Of a stretch of 64,000 nucleotides of DNA, positions 45,168 through 56,476 are shown in pieces. Source of the DNA: Thecamonas trahens ATCC 50062 (taxonomy: Eukaryota > Protista > Apusomonadida); assembly GCF_000142905.1 (NCBI RefSeq), contig NW_013657677.1, forward strand, positions 523,167-587,166, read 5' to 3'. Under the pieces are notes generated by a model, which was not told where the DNA came from, did no database searches, and saw only the letters and a list, made by a program, of their open reading frames with translations. A program made the translations under genes and the position numbers. Positions within the stretch are counted from its first letter, which is position 1; every line of letters starts with the position of its first letter.

Positions 45168-47133
45168 TCAAGAGTGGACCCGACGGGAGGAGAGAGCCTC
45201 ATCAGCGGTGCCGAGGCCGGACTTGAGGATGCGGGCCGAGGTGGAGGGCGAGATGTAGGAGAGCTCGTCGACGACGCGGGCGTGGACCCACTCGGGGAGG
45301 CATGCGGCGAGTTGGCGGCGACGTAGTTGGCGGCGGACTCGAACGAGAGGAGGGCATCAAAGCCGTCGGCGTCGAGGAGGGCGATGAGCGCTGAGCGGAC
45401 GGCCGGGAACGGCTCCTGGCCAATCACATGAGCGCGGACGTACTCGGTCGAGGGCTTAGCCGGCGAGGCCGAAAGGCAGGTGTAGCGGGTAGACATGGAG
45501 AGGATGTCGTGGAGGTGGGCGGCGCCGGCCGAGCCAAAGCCGAGCGTCTGGTTGGGAACGAGGAGCTGCAGCCGCTTGGAGGCGCCCTCGAGCGAGATGA
45601 CGCCATAGGTGTCGAGGAGTGCGTCGACGAGGACCATGACCGGGTCCTTGTCGGGCGCAGCCTCGCGGGCGGCGAGAATGATGTCAGTCAGCGCCTTGAT
45701 CTGCTCGGTAAGCGGGGCAGTGCCGGAGAGCGGGTCGGCCTCGGACGCTGACGCCTCCATCTCGGCAGTGAGGTCAGGGAGAGCGGCGAGGAGGCCGGCA
45801 GTGGCATCGGCAGCGGAGGCGGCGAGGTCCGGCGGCAGGATGGCGCCGGCACCGGCGGCGGTCGCCTCCTTGAGCGTCCACAGCTGGCCGTTGACCTCGG
45901 CGATGGACGAGAGCACCTCTGTCGCCCACTGCGACTCGAGGGCTAGCCGGCCGGCGAGCTTTTCGCGGCGGACCGAGGCCGTCGGCGACGCCGCCAGCAC
46001 CGCCATCAGATACGTGCGGGCGCGAACGGTTCGCGGCTCGGTCTCGACCACGTCGGGTGCCACCACCCATCGCGAGTGGATCCAGAAGACGTTCGAGCCG
46101 AGGAGGGCCGGAAAGGCGTCAACGGGCACATCCGGAAAGTAAGAGGCCAGCTGCGGGTGGCCGATGACATTGACGCGGACAAGGATCTCGGTCAGCCGCG
46201 CGGCCGGCTCCAGAAGCCGCAGCCGCGAGACGAGCGAGGTCGAGACAACAGCCGACGCTGACGCCGCCGCCGATGCCAGCATCTGGCCGCGCGCCGACGA
46301 GGTCTTGAGGCCCGACGAGGCCGTGGCCGGTGGGCAGAACGCGTTGAGGTACTCAGCAACAGTGAGGGCGCGCTCGAGGGCAGGCGACGGTGCGACTTGC
46401 GAGGCCGAGAGCAGGGCCTCGTCGGCGTCGGCGTCGGGCGAGCCACAGCCGGGCGCGAGCGGCAGCAGCGTCAGCCACTCTTCCTCCTCGATGAGCGAGG
46501 CCATGTATGCGTACGAGTTCTGCCGGCGATCACGGGCCATTTGCGACTCGGGCCGTGCAATCTTGACCTCGACCCGCGAGCTCTTCGGCTTGGCCTCCTC
46601 GGTCTCCATGGGCGCGATCTCGTCTTCGGGCGAGGCGTCCAAATGGCCCAGATACGGCCGCATCTGGAGGACGTTGGTCAGCGGCGAGAGCGTCGCCACC
46701 CCGTTAGCCATGGTCACTACGCACTGCTCTGTCGGCAGTGGAATGAGCTTGGACTCGAACTGCGAGTGGTGGAACGGATGATCCGGCTTGTCGTTGGTGT
46801 TCACCTTGTCGTGCATCTCCACCTCCATCCGGAGCACCCGCGCCTCAGGCTTGACTTTCACCTCATGCACGCTCGACACTGCCACGCCCTCTCCGCGCGG
46901 CTTGGTCGGGTACTGCAGCACTGTGTATAGTGTATCGTAACCGGATCCATCATAGTGAGTACCGCCGACATGCTCTCCGTCGCCGCCCTTTGCCCTCGGC
47001 ACGCTCTGCGGCGATGATCCACCCTCTGCACCCACAACGTACGATAGAGGGCATCCTGAAGCTCATGCGAAAGCACTAGGTCGTAGCTGGCCACCACTGG
47101 GTCGTCCTCGTCAGCCTTAACTACGTGGGACAT
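45168..47133 (-). CDS. POLR3E: RNA polymerase III subunit RPC5/C37 (Sin-like); intron 46921-47042, frameshift near 45300
   Basis: EDDPVVASYDLVLS..LYLLQYP, VKVKPE, LSPLTNVLQMRPYLGHLD and RRQNSYAY...EEEEW. Confidence 0.85.
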
Positions 47134-47830
47134 GTTGAGAGGGGGGGTGAGAGAGACGTGTGGGTGTTGGGAGTAGGGGAGGGTGGAGGGGTGGGGGGGG
47201 GAGAGGGGTGGGGTGGGGGAGGAGGGGGGGGGGGGGGTTCTGGATGGTTCGATCAGGGTCTGTGTGATCTTGGGTAACAGAGCGATGCTGATCGAAGCAG
47301 GTTGGACGATGGTGGCCCCGGCGGCTGCGGCTGCGGTGGCTGCGGCGGCTACTGTGGGGGAGGGGGGGAGGGGAGGAGGAGGAGAGACTGAGGTCAGTGG
47401 CCAGGTCAGATCCATGGAGCGATGAGGGTGCGAGGTCAGTGGCTGGAGGTCAGCGATGTGGAGTTGGCAAAACCAAGTAGCGTGGTGAGAAGGCACGACA
47501 AGCCGGTGATGAGGTCATCTCTCCCACATCAGTCCATCACTGTCGGTGTGAGCGGCACAAGACGAGAGAGAGGCACGCGAGGGAGGACGACACGACAAGA
47601 GCCGTCACACGCATCCACTCGACACCAGCAAGTGTTTTACCCAAGAGGTATGTGACAGTATGAGGTAGGCGGTGGCGGGTGGGTGGGTGGGTGGGTGGGC
47701 GGGTAGGGTGGAGGAAGGGGCAGATGGGCATGGTGGTGGCAGGGAGGGTGGTGCTGACGTCGTGAAAGAACACAGGATGGGGACATGCTCGGGTGTTCCA
47801 TGGAAGCTCACGGGTGGCTGATGGTGGTGG

Positions 47831-50313
47831 ATGAGCAGAGTTCAGAAGGATCGTAGCATAGCTCCGAGAACTATGGGGGGAGGTGACGTTGTTCCCACCT
47901 CCTCTGGTACCACTTCTCCGTCGGATGACGGATGGACTTTGGTGGGCTCCGCTGATGGCCGCTCGAGGTCGTCGTCGCCAGCTCAAGGCAGTTCGTCATC
48001 TGCCGATGTGTTGGCTGCCGATGCCGATGTAGTGGCTGCTGATGTGGCGGCTGCCGATGCCGATGTGTTGGCTGCCGATGCCGATGTAGTGGCTGCTGAT
48101 GTGGCGGCTGCCGATGCCGATGTAGCGGCTGCCGATGCCGATGTAGCGGCTGCCGATGCCGATGTAGCGGCTGCCGATGCCGATGTAGCGGCTGCCGATG
48201 CCGATGTAGCGGCTGCCGATGAGTTGGCTGCCGATGCCAATGTAGCGGACGCCGATGTGGCGGCTGCCGATGGTCCGGTGGCCGACAACCCCACAACACC
48301 GGCTGACAATCCCGGCACGTCGGTCGACAAGCTAGCAACCGCTCCATGCGCAGCAGATGGTCACACAGAGTGCAACCACGCCGCAGACGACGAGCTGCCG
48401 CCGTATCGTCCGCCAGACTCGCCAACGTACAACCCGAATCAGCGGCTGCGCTTGCGCGTCTCTCAGCCTCGGCCATCGCCGCCTGCGAACGACGTCGACC
48501 AGCCGCCGCCGCTGCGGGCCCGCTCGTCAAGCATTGGTTGCCGTCTCCCACAGCCGCAGCCGGAGCCACAGCCGCAGTCGCATCCGACGTCGCAGTCGCA
48601 ACCACGCCGCCCGCTTGTCCAGCTTGGCTTCATTCTGGCAGCGCTCGTCCTTGCGCTGCTTGTCTTCCGCACGCCGAGCTCGGCCGCTGACGCCGATGCC
48701 GTACCGTCGCTTGTGCATGCACTTGACGTCCACCCGCCGGCCTCGTTCTGTGCCACCCCGCAATGCCACCAGATCGTCGCCACCCTCACCGATGTCTTCC
48801 GCGAGTTGCATGCGCTCCGCCGCTCGGCGATTCGGAATCAGCTGGCAAGCGTGCTCGACGAGTACCACGAGGCCGTGAGCGAGCTCGAGACCGACGACGA
48901 TGACGTGCTTGCGCTCTACATGCAAACTGCCATCCTCCGCGGCTTCCACGGTCCGCACGGGCCCGCCGTCGGTCGGGTTGCGGGCTTGGTGCTGCAGCTC
49001 GCGCACTCCTCGACCGTGGGGTGGTGGCCGCCGCCGTTTCGCTCCGAGCCCAGATCGACGATGCGTCCGACGCCGCCGCGCTCGTTGCGCCCGAGCTCGA
49101 GCCTGTGTGGCAGCTCGCCAGTGCTGTCGTCCGAGCCGCAGCCAAGGTCTCCCCAACAGTCACCGCGCCGCGCGAGAGCGAGCTTCCGCGCGGCCGCGAT
49201 GAGCTGCACGCGCTGCTCGACGCCGCCGTCACCAACGCCGACAAGCTGGTCGCGGCCGCGCCCGAGCCGAGCCGCGATCTCGTGGCGGCGCTGAAGAACC
49301 GGTACAGCCTCGCCCGCACTGTGGCCGCCATCCGTCGCATCCGCGCCCGGCTGGCGGCACTCGGTCACCCTGAGCCGGCACCGACCCCGCCTCCGGCTCG
49401 TGGCGGCGCCAAGCACCATGGCAAACCGTACCGCACCTCAAAGCACACCAGCCACAAGCGCAGCAAGCGATGGACGCTCGCCGATGTACTTGCCAGGCTC
49501 CAGACCCGGCCGGACAAGATTCGCAACATCGACGAGGCCCGCCGTGCGCTTGCGACGGCCACACCCGCACAGGCCGCTGCAGTCGTCGCCGCCACCCGTA
49601 CCTCGTTTCAGTTCCTCGCCCACAAGGCCGGCTCCAAGACCACCAAGTACAATGCGCGCATCAACGAGCTTCACACCGAGCTGCGGGCCAGCCTCCGCGA
49701 AGGCTCGCGCACCTCCGGTGAGCTCGCCGACATCCTCGACCACATCGAGGGCCTCCGCGCCAAGCTCGCGCGCAAGTCTGCAAAGTGGGAGGCCAAGCGC
49801 GATAGGCTGATGCAGATCGCAGGATATGCGCTCGCGCAGGCACGGCCAGGCCGCCCCCGTCACCTCGCCGCCACCTTTGTTGCAGACCTCGCCGCCACCC
49901 TCCACACCGCCGCCGACTCGGCCACAGCCGCGCTTCGCGACGTCGAGCTCAGTTTCCTCGATGGCGCGCTCGCCGCGCTCACCGCCGCCGTGCCCTCAGA
50001 TGAGCTCTCCGATGAGGTCACGCGCGCATCGCGCTCGCTGGGCACCAAGTTGCGTGCCGCAAAGGCCAGTCTCGAGCGCCGTGCCCGCGAGCTCCGCGCC
50101 AAGCTTGCCGCCGTCGCCGACGACCTGGGCGCCTCGGCCGACAAGTGGAGCCGCCGCCTCGCCGGCCGGGTCCATGACGCCGTCAAAGGCATTTTGTCCC
50201 GCGCCCACACCTCGAAGCACACCAGCCACGGCAAGCACACCAGCCACGGCAAGCACACCAGCCACGGCAAGCACACCAGCCACAAGAGCCGCAAGTGGCG
50301 TACCCGCAGGTGA
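47831..50313 (+). CDS. Type II-like membrane protein: disordered N-terminus with a LIR-like motif and ADADVAA repeats, TM, helical C-terminal region with KHTSHG repeats (frameshift near 49020)
   Basis: ORFs 47831..49294 and 49021..50313 join by adding one G to the G4 run at 49018-49021. TM is LGFILAALVLALLVF. Confidence 0.55.
48001..48270 (+). repeat. Coding 21-bp minisatellite (GCCGATGCCGATGTAGCGGCT)n encoding ADADVAA
   Basis: Directly visible, with variant units. Confidence 0.93.
50215..50286 (+). repeat. Coding 18-bp repeat x4 encoding KHTSHG
   Basis: AAGCACACCAGCCACGGC tandem; one more KHTSHK copy lies at 49441. Confidence 0.9.
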
Positions 50314-50643
50314 GCGAGCACCTCGGTGCTCCGGCAGTTTTCCGCGTCCAAAAAAAGGTCGTAGTTCTCGCGGTACTCTCTTCTTTCGAGCACCCCCCTG
50401 CATCCGGATAGCATACTATCGTCACACACGCAAGCCTGGGTGTTAGTGACTGTAAAGTACATGCGCCACGTGTGTTGCGGTGCGATAACTGGCTGCTTCT
50501 CCCCGCAACCCGCGAGTTGACGACCTGGCCGCCGAGAACAAAACCGGCCGGCAACCATGCTGGGCCTTCCACTCTCACCTGGGCACACCTCTCCACACCA
50601 ACAATCAGGCAAGAACCCCCTCGGACACATCCACAAGCACACA

Positions 50644-51157
50644 ATGGCTACTGCTGTCGAGACTGTTACCCCCATCTCCGCCCCGATGGTCGAAGAAGCG
50701 CCTGCGCCCGCGTCGCAAGAGGTCAAGGTACGTGCCAGTGTGCGCGACCGAAAAAGGTCGTGAAAGTGGGCGCTGCGGTCACAACTCATGGGCTATACGC
50801 TGGGCGAAACAGACAAGCAATGCAGAGGCGGCGACAGAGGCCGAGGCTGAGGTCGAGGAGGTTGAGCAGCAAGAGGAGGTCGACGACGAGGCCGGCTCGT
50901 CATCGCCGTCCAACAAGCGCAAGCGCTCGCCGCGCAAGGCAGCCGAGAAGGCCCGCCAGTCGCTGAAGCAGAGCGCTGACGACAACAACGACGATGACGA
51001 CGATGACGACGACAACGACGCAGATGACGAAAGCGACGGCGGTGATGACGACGAGGATGACGATGATGACTTTGATCCCGAGGCCGAAGACGACGATGAC
51101 GAGGACGACGACGAGGACGAGGACGCGTCGCCCACGAAGAAGCAGAAGACGCTGTAA
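50644..51157 (+). CDS. Small highly acidic nuclear protein (prothymosin-like); exons 50644-50727 and 50813-51157
   Basis: GTACGT..ACTCAT..CAG intron, poly-D/E tract, KRKR, and a terminal TKKQKT NLS. Confidence 0.7.
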
Positions 51158-51178
51158 AGTAAACGCAGCAAAGCCTCA

Positions 51179-52464
51179 TCAGCCACGAGCGCGGACCTTA
51201 CACACCGCCGCATAGCCGAGGCCGCGGACAGTTATGCCTGTGGCGTCGAGTCGGACAGCAAGCGACTTGTCGGAGGGCATATGGTCGACGAGGACGCCGC
51301 GCTCGCCGGCGTGCTCGCCGCGGACAACTACGACGGGCTTGCCGATGGGCGGGAGGACCGGACGGAGGAGAGCCTCGTCGATGTCGACGAGAACGCGATC
51401 GGCAGGCGGGGTGCCGACGACGGCGACGGCCACGAGATGGCGCGGCGAGGCGTGGCGCGAGACAACAACGGCCTTGGCCTTGAACAGCGAGTCGAGCGAG
51501 GCGTCGAGGATGCGGACTACGGCGCCTGGAACAGCCCAGGTCGCGCGAGCAGCGTCGCGCGCCTCGCGCGCCCGAGTTTCCTGCAGAATGCGCTCCACGT
51601 TGGAGAGCGGTTTGGGGTGGGCCGGGAGACGCGCCGATGGTAGCGTAGCCGGAGCGGTACGAAGTGGTGCAGGCGGCTGAAGTGGATCGAGAGCCGCAGC
51701 CGGGCCACGCAACGGCGCAGGCTGCGCAGCCTTTGCTGGGAGCGCGACCGAGATGGTGTCCGAGTCCGGCGGGCGAGCGAGCTCGAGGACTGGGCCGGCA
51801 AGCGAGCCGGCGGCGCGTGCAGCGGCAACGGATGCCTCCATGGCGGAGCGGCGCTGGTCTTCAAGCTTGGCGGCGACGCGAGCCTTGCGCTTGCGCTCCT
51901 TTTCGGCGTGCTTCTCGCGGGCCGAGAGCACAGCGACGTCGATGTACTTGATGTACGGGTTGCCGTCGTCGTCGTAGGAGAGCTCGACAATGCCCTTGCT
52001 GCTCAGGTGCTGGGCAAACTCGTCGAGAGTCTTCCACCGAGTTCCGTTGAGCCTCACGTGCGATCTGTCCTGCACATATTCGTTGTGGACGTAGTTGACA
52101 AGGACCTTGCGTCCGCGATGGCGCGACTTGACCAGCTCCATAAAGTCGGCCTCAAACTGGTCCGAGAACATGGCGAGATACTTTTCCGGATTGGCGGCAA
52201 ACAGCTCCATCTTGGCCAGATGCCCTGCCGACCGCGAGTGCGCTTCAAACCCGTTGCGATCCGAGCACTCCTTCTCGCACATCTGGCAGTAGAACTTGAT
52301 CTTGCGCAGCCCACGCCGCTGTCTCGCGCCCTCTCGCCGAGCCGCCGGCTCGCGGTGAGTTCTGCTCCTTCCTCTTCCTCTCCCTCCCACTCTGACTACC
52401 CTGCATCCTCTCCTCCACCCTGACCTACCTTCTGGTTGCGGTCTGACCCGCCACGAGCCGACAT
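51179..52464 (-). CDS. KIN: KIN17 DNA/RNA-binding protein; exons 52464-52429 and 52318-51179
   Basis: GLRKIKFYCQMCEKECSDRNGFEAH zinc finger, HVRLNGTRWKTL and C-terminal KOW/SH3-like domains. Confidence 0.93.
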
Positions 52465-53059
52465 GGTTGTTGCGCGCAACGACGGGTGTTGGGCGACTCG
52501 CTGCCGCTGGACCGGATCTCCCGATGATGATGACGATAGAAGCGATGTGGGGATGAGTCTACATCGAAAGAGGCACAGCAAGCGGTCATGGCGTCATGGG
52601 GCGTGGATAGGTATCAGGAGAGGAAGGGAGATAGAGGGAAGAGGGGCAGATGATGCGATTTGATGGCTGGCGAGGGTGGGGGGGGGAGGAGGAGGATACC
52701 ACGAGAGTGTGATCGATGTGCGCGGGGCAACAATGGCCGAAAGTTGGCGAAGAGTGTCCTTGCTTTAACCAGATGCTTAGTTACTCAGATGATGTGGAGG
52801 GGACCGGGAGCGGATTTTGTATGATGAGTGACCATGGTGGCATGATGACGGCATGGTGAAGCTTGGCGTGATGCCAATGGCTCCCATCACAGGCCACGAC
52901 CGCGTCTCTGCTGTCACTCATGTCACTGAGGACGAGCGACGAATGAAGGATCGAACAAACCTTTGAAGGAACGAACGAGGCGAAAAGCCCACGCCGGACC
53001 AGTTGGCGACAAACACCAGCACAGACACACAACACGCCTCTCCCTCTCCCCGTACAACA

Positions 53060-54227
53060 ATGCAGGGTGTTTCCGCAGGTACGATCCCCCCTCCCCCTCC
53101 CTCCCCCCCCCTACAACCCCTGTTCTCTCCCCTCTCCCTCCCTCCCCTCCCCCCCCCCCCCCCTCCCACGACTCACCGCCCACGTCCTTCCCCTCGGTCT
53201 CCCGCAGGACTGCATTCTGGTGCCTTCTACGTCTCCCGGTCCGAGCTTCTCGGCTGGCTTAACGAGACCCTCGACCTGTCATACCAGAAGATCGAGGAGG
53301 TTTCGAACGGTACGTAGCTGTAGAGTGTGTATGGTGTATATGTGTGTGTGGGAGGGTGTGTGGAAGGGTGGCGGTGGTGGTGTAGGCGCGCGGAAAATTT
53401 GAAAGTTTGTGCAGTGTTTGGCGCGCGATGAGTTGGAGTGGTCACCGACACGTACTCACCGACGTGATGGACAACGGTGGATTGACAGGCGCTGCGTTCT
53501 GCCAGCTGTGCGACATGCTCTTCCCGGGCACTGTGCCGATGAGCAAGGTCAACTTCTCGGCCAAGTACGAGTATGACAAGCTCAAGAACTACAAGGTTCT
53601 GCAGTCTGTGTTTGAGAAGAACAACGTGCCCAAGGTGGTCGACGCGCACAAGCTCGTCAAGGGCAAGCCGATGGACAACCTCGAGTTCTTCCAGTGGTTC
53701 AAGCACTTTTTCGACGCCAACTACGCGGCCAACGCCGACGAGTACAAGGCTCTCGCCCGTCGCAAGGGCCAGGCCAACGCCAAGGCGCGGTCGTCGAGCA
53801 GGGCGCCCGGCGCGTCGGGCTCGCGCTCGCGCTCGCGGCCGCGCCCGGGCCAGGCACCGGGCTCGTCGGCCCGCCGGTCGGCAACTCGCAACGAGAACGC
53901 TCCGCCGCCGTCGACGGGCGCCAAGGGCATCTCAGCTGCAGCCATGAAGGCCAAGATCGACGAGGTCAAGGCTGCGCTCGAGGCCAAGCACGCCGCTGAG
54001 ATCGAGGCGCTCAAGGAGCAGGTTGCCAACCTCGAGCTCAACACCGACGCGCTCGAGAAGGAGCGCGACTTTTACTTGGCAAGCTCCGCGACATTGAGAT
54101 CCTTGCCGAGGCCCACGAAGACGAGGACATCCCGTTCCTTAAGCAGGTCCAGGATCTGCTGTACAAGTCCGACGACTCGGACGACGAAGGCGCCGACGAT
54201 GTTGAGGACGAGGCGGTCGAGGCCTAA
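53060..54227 (+). CDS. MAPRE: EB1/MAPRE microtubule end-binding protein; exons 53060-53078, 53208-53309 and 53489-54227 (frameshift near 54076)
   Basis: SRSELLGWLN, GAAFCQ, NYKVLQ, DNLEFFQW (CH domain) and LEKERDFYFGKLRDIEIL (EBH, after a 1-nt correction). Confidence 0.95.
53389..53424 (+). promoter_or_regulatory. Putative CDE/CHR (CGCGG-AAAA-TTTGAA) plus E2F site (TTTGGCGC) in EB1 intron 2
   Basis: Exact motif matches with the canonical 4-nt CDE-CHR spacer; function not shown. Confidence 0.3.
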
Positions 54228-54294
54228 GCGCTCTCGTCCTCGCTTTGCTTGCTCTTTCCTCTTGCTCTTCTCCCGAATTAACACTTCTTGTAGA

Positions 54295-56169
54295 CTACCT
54301 ACCGGCCGCGGCTGACTCGTCGGTAACGGTCACAGCAGGGTAGAGGCGGGGCGTGAGCCCGTCGCGACCGGGAGCAATGTCGACGAGCGGGAATCGGGTG
54401 TCACGGTCGTCCGGATCCGGCAGCACGACGCGGTCACGGCCAAAGCACGTGAGTGGGATGTGCGGCGCCGGAAGGGTGATGAAAGCCCGCGAGGTGGCTG
54501 GGACCGATAGGCTCGGCACGTGCCAGCACATCGCGCGTGGCCCCATGCCCGACTCGGCAGGGAATGGGCGGCAGCGACTCGTCGCTGTGGCTTTGCTCTC
54601 TCCGTCGCCAACGAGAAAGGCAGGCAGGCCAGCAGCCTCGTTAGAGAGGAATGGGCCTGCCATGGCGCGGCGCGACCAGAGGCCAAAGACTTGCTCGAGA
54701 ACAACGACCAAGTCGCGGGCGAGCTGATCAAGCGAGTACGGCTCGTATTCAGGCTCCCAAATCTCGAGGTAGCGGAGTGAGGCGTGATGGGCGGTTTCGG
54801 CGTGGAACGACGGCTGGCAGCCGACCGAGAGCCGCAGATCGACAAGCGCCGCATGCGGCGGTGCATACAGCGTGTGGATGAGTCCGGCGCCCGACGCGCC
54901 CATCACTACGTCGACGGAAGCAAAACGGGTGATAGTATCGGTGAACGAGCCGGCAAAGGTCTCTGAGACTACGTCCAGGTGCGGATACGCAGCGAGGGCG
55001 TCGACAAACGCGTCCTCGCCGTCGGGAAGGCGGAACGACCGTGAGCTGCGACGCGGAACGAGGATGGTGCGACTCCCGTTGAGCACTTGGTCATTGCCTG
55101 CCATGCCGGTCATGCCGTCGAGCGGCGCCTTGGGCTCGATGCCGAGCTGTTGCCAGACGTGAGCCCGATACGCGGTGGTGATCTCGCCGGGCGAAAAGTG
55201 CTGCCAAGCGGTGTCCGGCGAGCCGAGCTTCCCGCGCAGGGCTGGAAAGACTTCATCGTTGAGGTAGAGCAAGAGCGGACCGCGGCCGTAGCGGAGCCGC
55301 GGAATGCAAATCCGCGCGTCGGGCGATGCCGAGAGCTCGCTCGTAGAGCGGATGCCGCCGCCAAAGAGGATGCGCTCGAGAAAGGTTGGAAGCTCGCGGA
55401 TGACGGCGCGGGCAAGCCCGGGATTGAACACATAAAGCACGTTGTTGGAAGCCTTGTCGGACGAGAGCGTGTCGGCGAGCCACACGTTAAAGAACATGGG
55501 CATGATGATGTCGTTGTGCGTGTGCCACGCGTTCTCGGCGACCCACGGCGCGACCATAAAGACAGTCGAGTCTGGCGGGAGCATCTCGGTGCACAAGGCC
55601 TCATCGACGGGATCGTCGGTGAGCACCAGCCGTGAGGCCATGGACTCCGTCTTTGGGCCTTGCCAGGGATCGCTCAGCCCCTCTGGCCAGAGCTTGTACG
55701 GGATGAGAGTCTCGTCGGCGAGACCGGCGTCGATCTCGGCTCTGTCCGACTCGGAGAGGCCACCAAGCTCGATCTTGCCATCGCCACGGAGGACAACATT
55801 ATGCATCTCCCACACACTCGACCAGTTGTCCACCACCCGCTGGTACAGGTTCAGCGGAGGGAGGACGAGTCCAGCCCGCGACGCGCCCCATGCCGTGCTT
55901 GCCGGCGACAAAGGCCTTGAATGAACGGACGGGCCGGACGGGGCGGACGGGGCGGGCGGGGTAGATGGAGCGGGTGGAGCGGATGGAGTGGGCGGAGCGG
56001 ATGGAGTGGGCGGAGCACGATGTGATTGTATCCTCTGCGATGACTGTCGGCTTCCTTGCGCTGTGCTCGCCTGCGACGAGGCAGACAGCGTCGGCGTTCT
56101 CAGCTGGAGAACGACGACTGCAGCTATGGCAATGACAATACATGCCATAATGGGCTTGTTGCGTGCCAT
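54295..56169 (-). CDS. GT61-family (DUF563) type II membrane glycosyltransferase
   Basis: N-terminal signal-anchor, PSAPPT stem repeats, NAWHTHNDIIMPMF and DVVMGASGAGLIHTLY. Confidence 0.75.
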   Translation of the reverse strand: MARNKPIMACIVIAIAAVVVLQLRTPTLSASSQASTAQGSRQSSQRIQSHRAPPTPSAPPTPSAPPAPSTPPAPSAPSGPSVHSRPLSPASTAWGASRAGLVLPPLNLYQRVVDNWSSVWEMHNVVLRGDGKIELGGLSESDRAEIDAGLADETLIPYKLWPEGLSDPWQGPKTESMASRLVLTDDPVDEALCTEMLPPDSTVFMVAPWVAENAWHTHNDIIMPMFFNVWLADTLSSDKASNNVLYVFNPGLARAVIRELPTFLERILFGGGIRSTSELSASPDARICIPRLRYGRGPLLLYLNDEVFPALRGKLGSPDTAWQHFSPGEITTAYRAHVWQQLGIEPKAPLDGMTGMAGNDQVLNGSRTILVPRRSSRSFRLPDGEDAFVDALAAYPHLDVVSETFAGSFTDTITRFASVDVVMGASGAGLIHTLYAPPHAALVDLRLSVGCQPSFHAETAHHASLRYLEIWEPEYEPYSLDQLARDLVVVLEQVFGLWSRRAMAGPFLSNEAAGLPAFLVGDGESKATATSRCRPFPAESGMGPRAMCWHVPSLSVPATSRAFITLPAPHIPLTCFGRDRVVLPDPDDRDTRFPLVDIAPGRDGLTPRLYPAVTVTDESAAAGR

Positions 56170-56476
56170 GCCACCGCTATTGGGGAGACGTGAGCGTTGC
56201 GAGCAAGGTGTTGAGTGTGGGCGGCGGAGCGAGGTCAAGCCAGGGGGGGATCTGTCAAAGCCCCGGGCGCCGTAGCAAAAAAATTAGACAGCCCACCCCC
56301 CACCCGCCCCTTCTCCCTCTCGAAGCCACCTTCATGAAAAACCACCAACCGACGCCAAGCCACACACTCTCTGACCTCAGTCCGATCCCCCTCCACCCGC
56401 TGCCTCGGCTCCCCACTCGCACCACACTTCTTCTGACTTTGTCACCGCCTCATACTCACTCACTGAGCTCACAAAG

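Noticed and set aside
48001-48270. Repeat array resembling CRISPR
   Set aside because: It has contiguous 21-bp coding units without unique spacers, there are no cas genes, and the context is eukaryotic.
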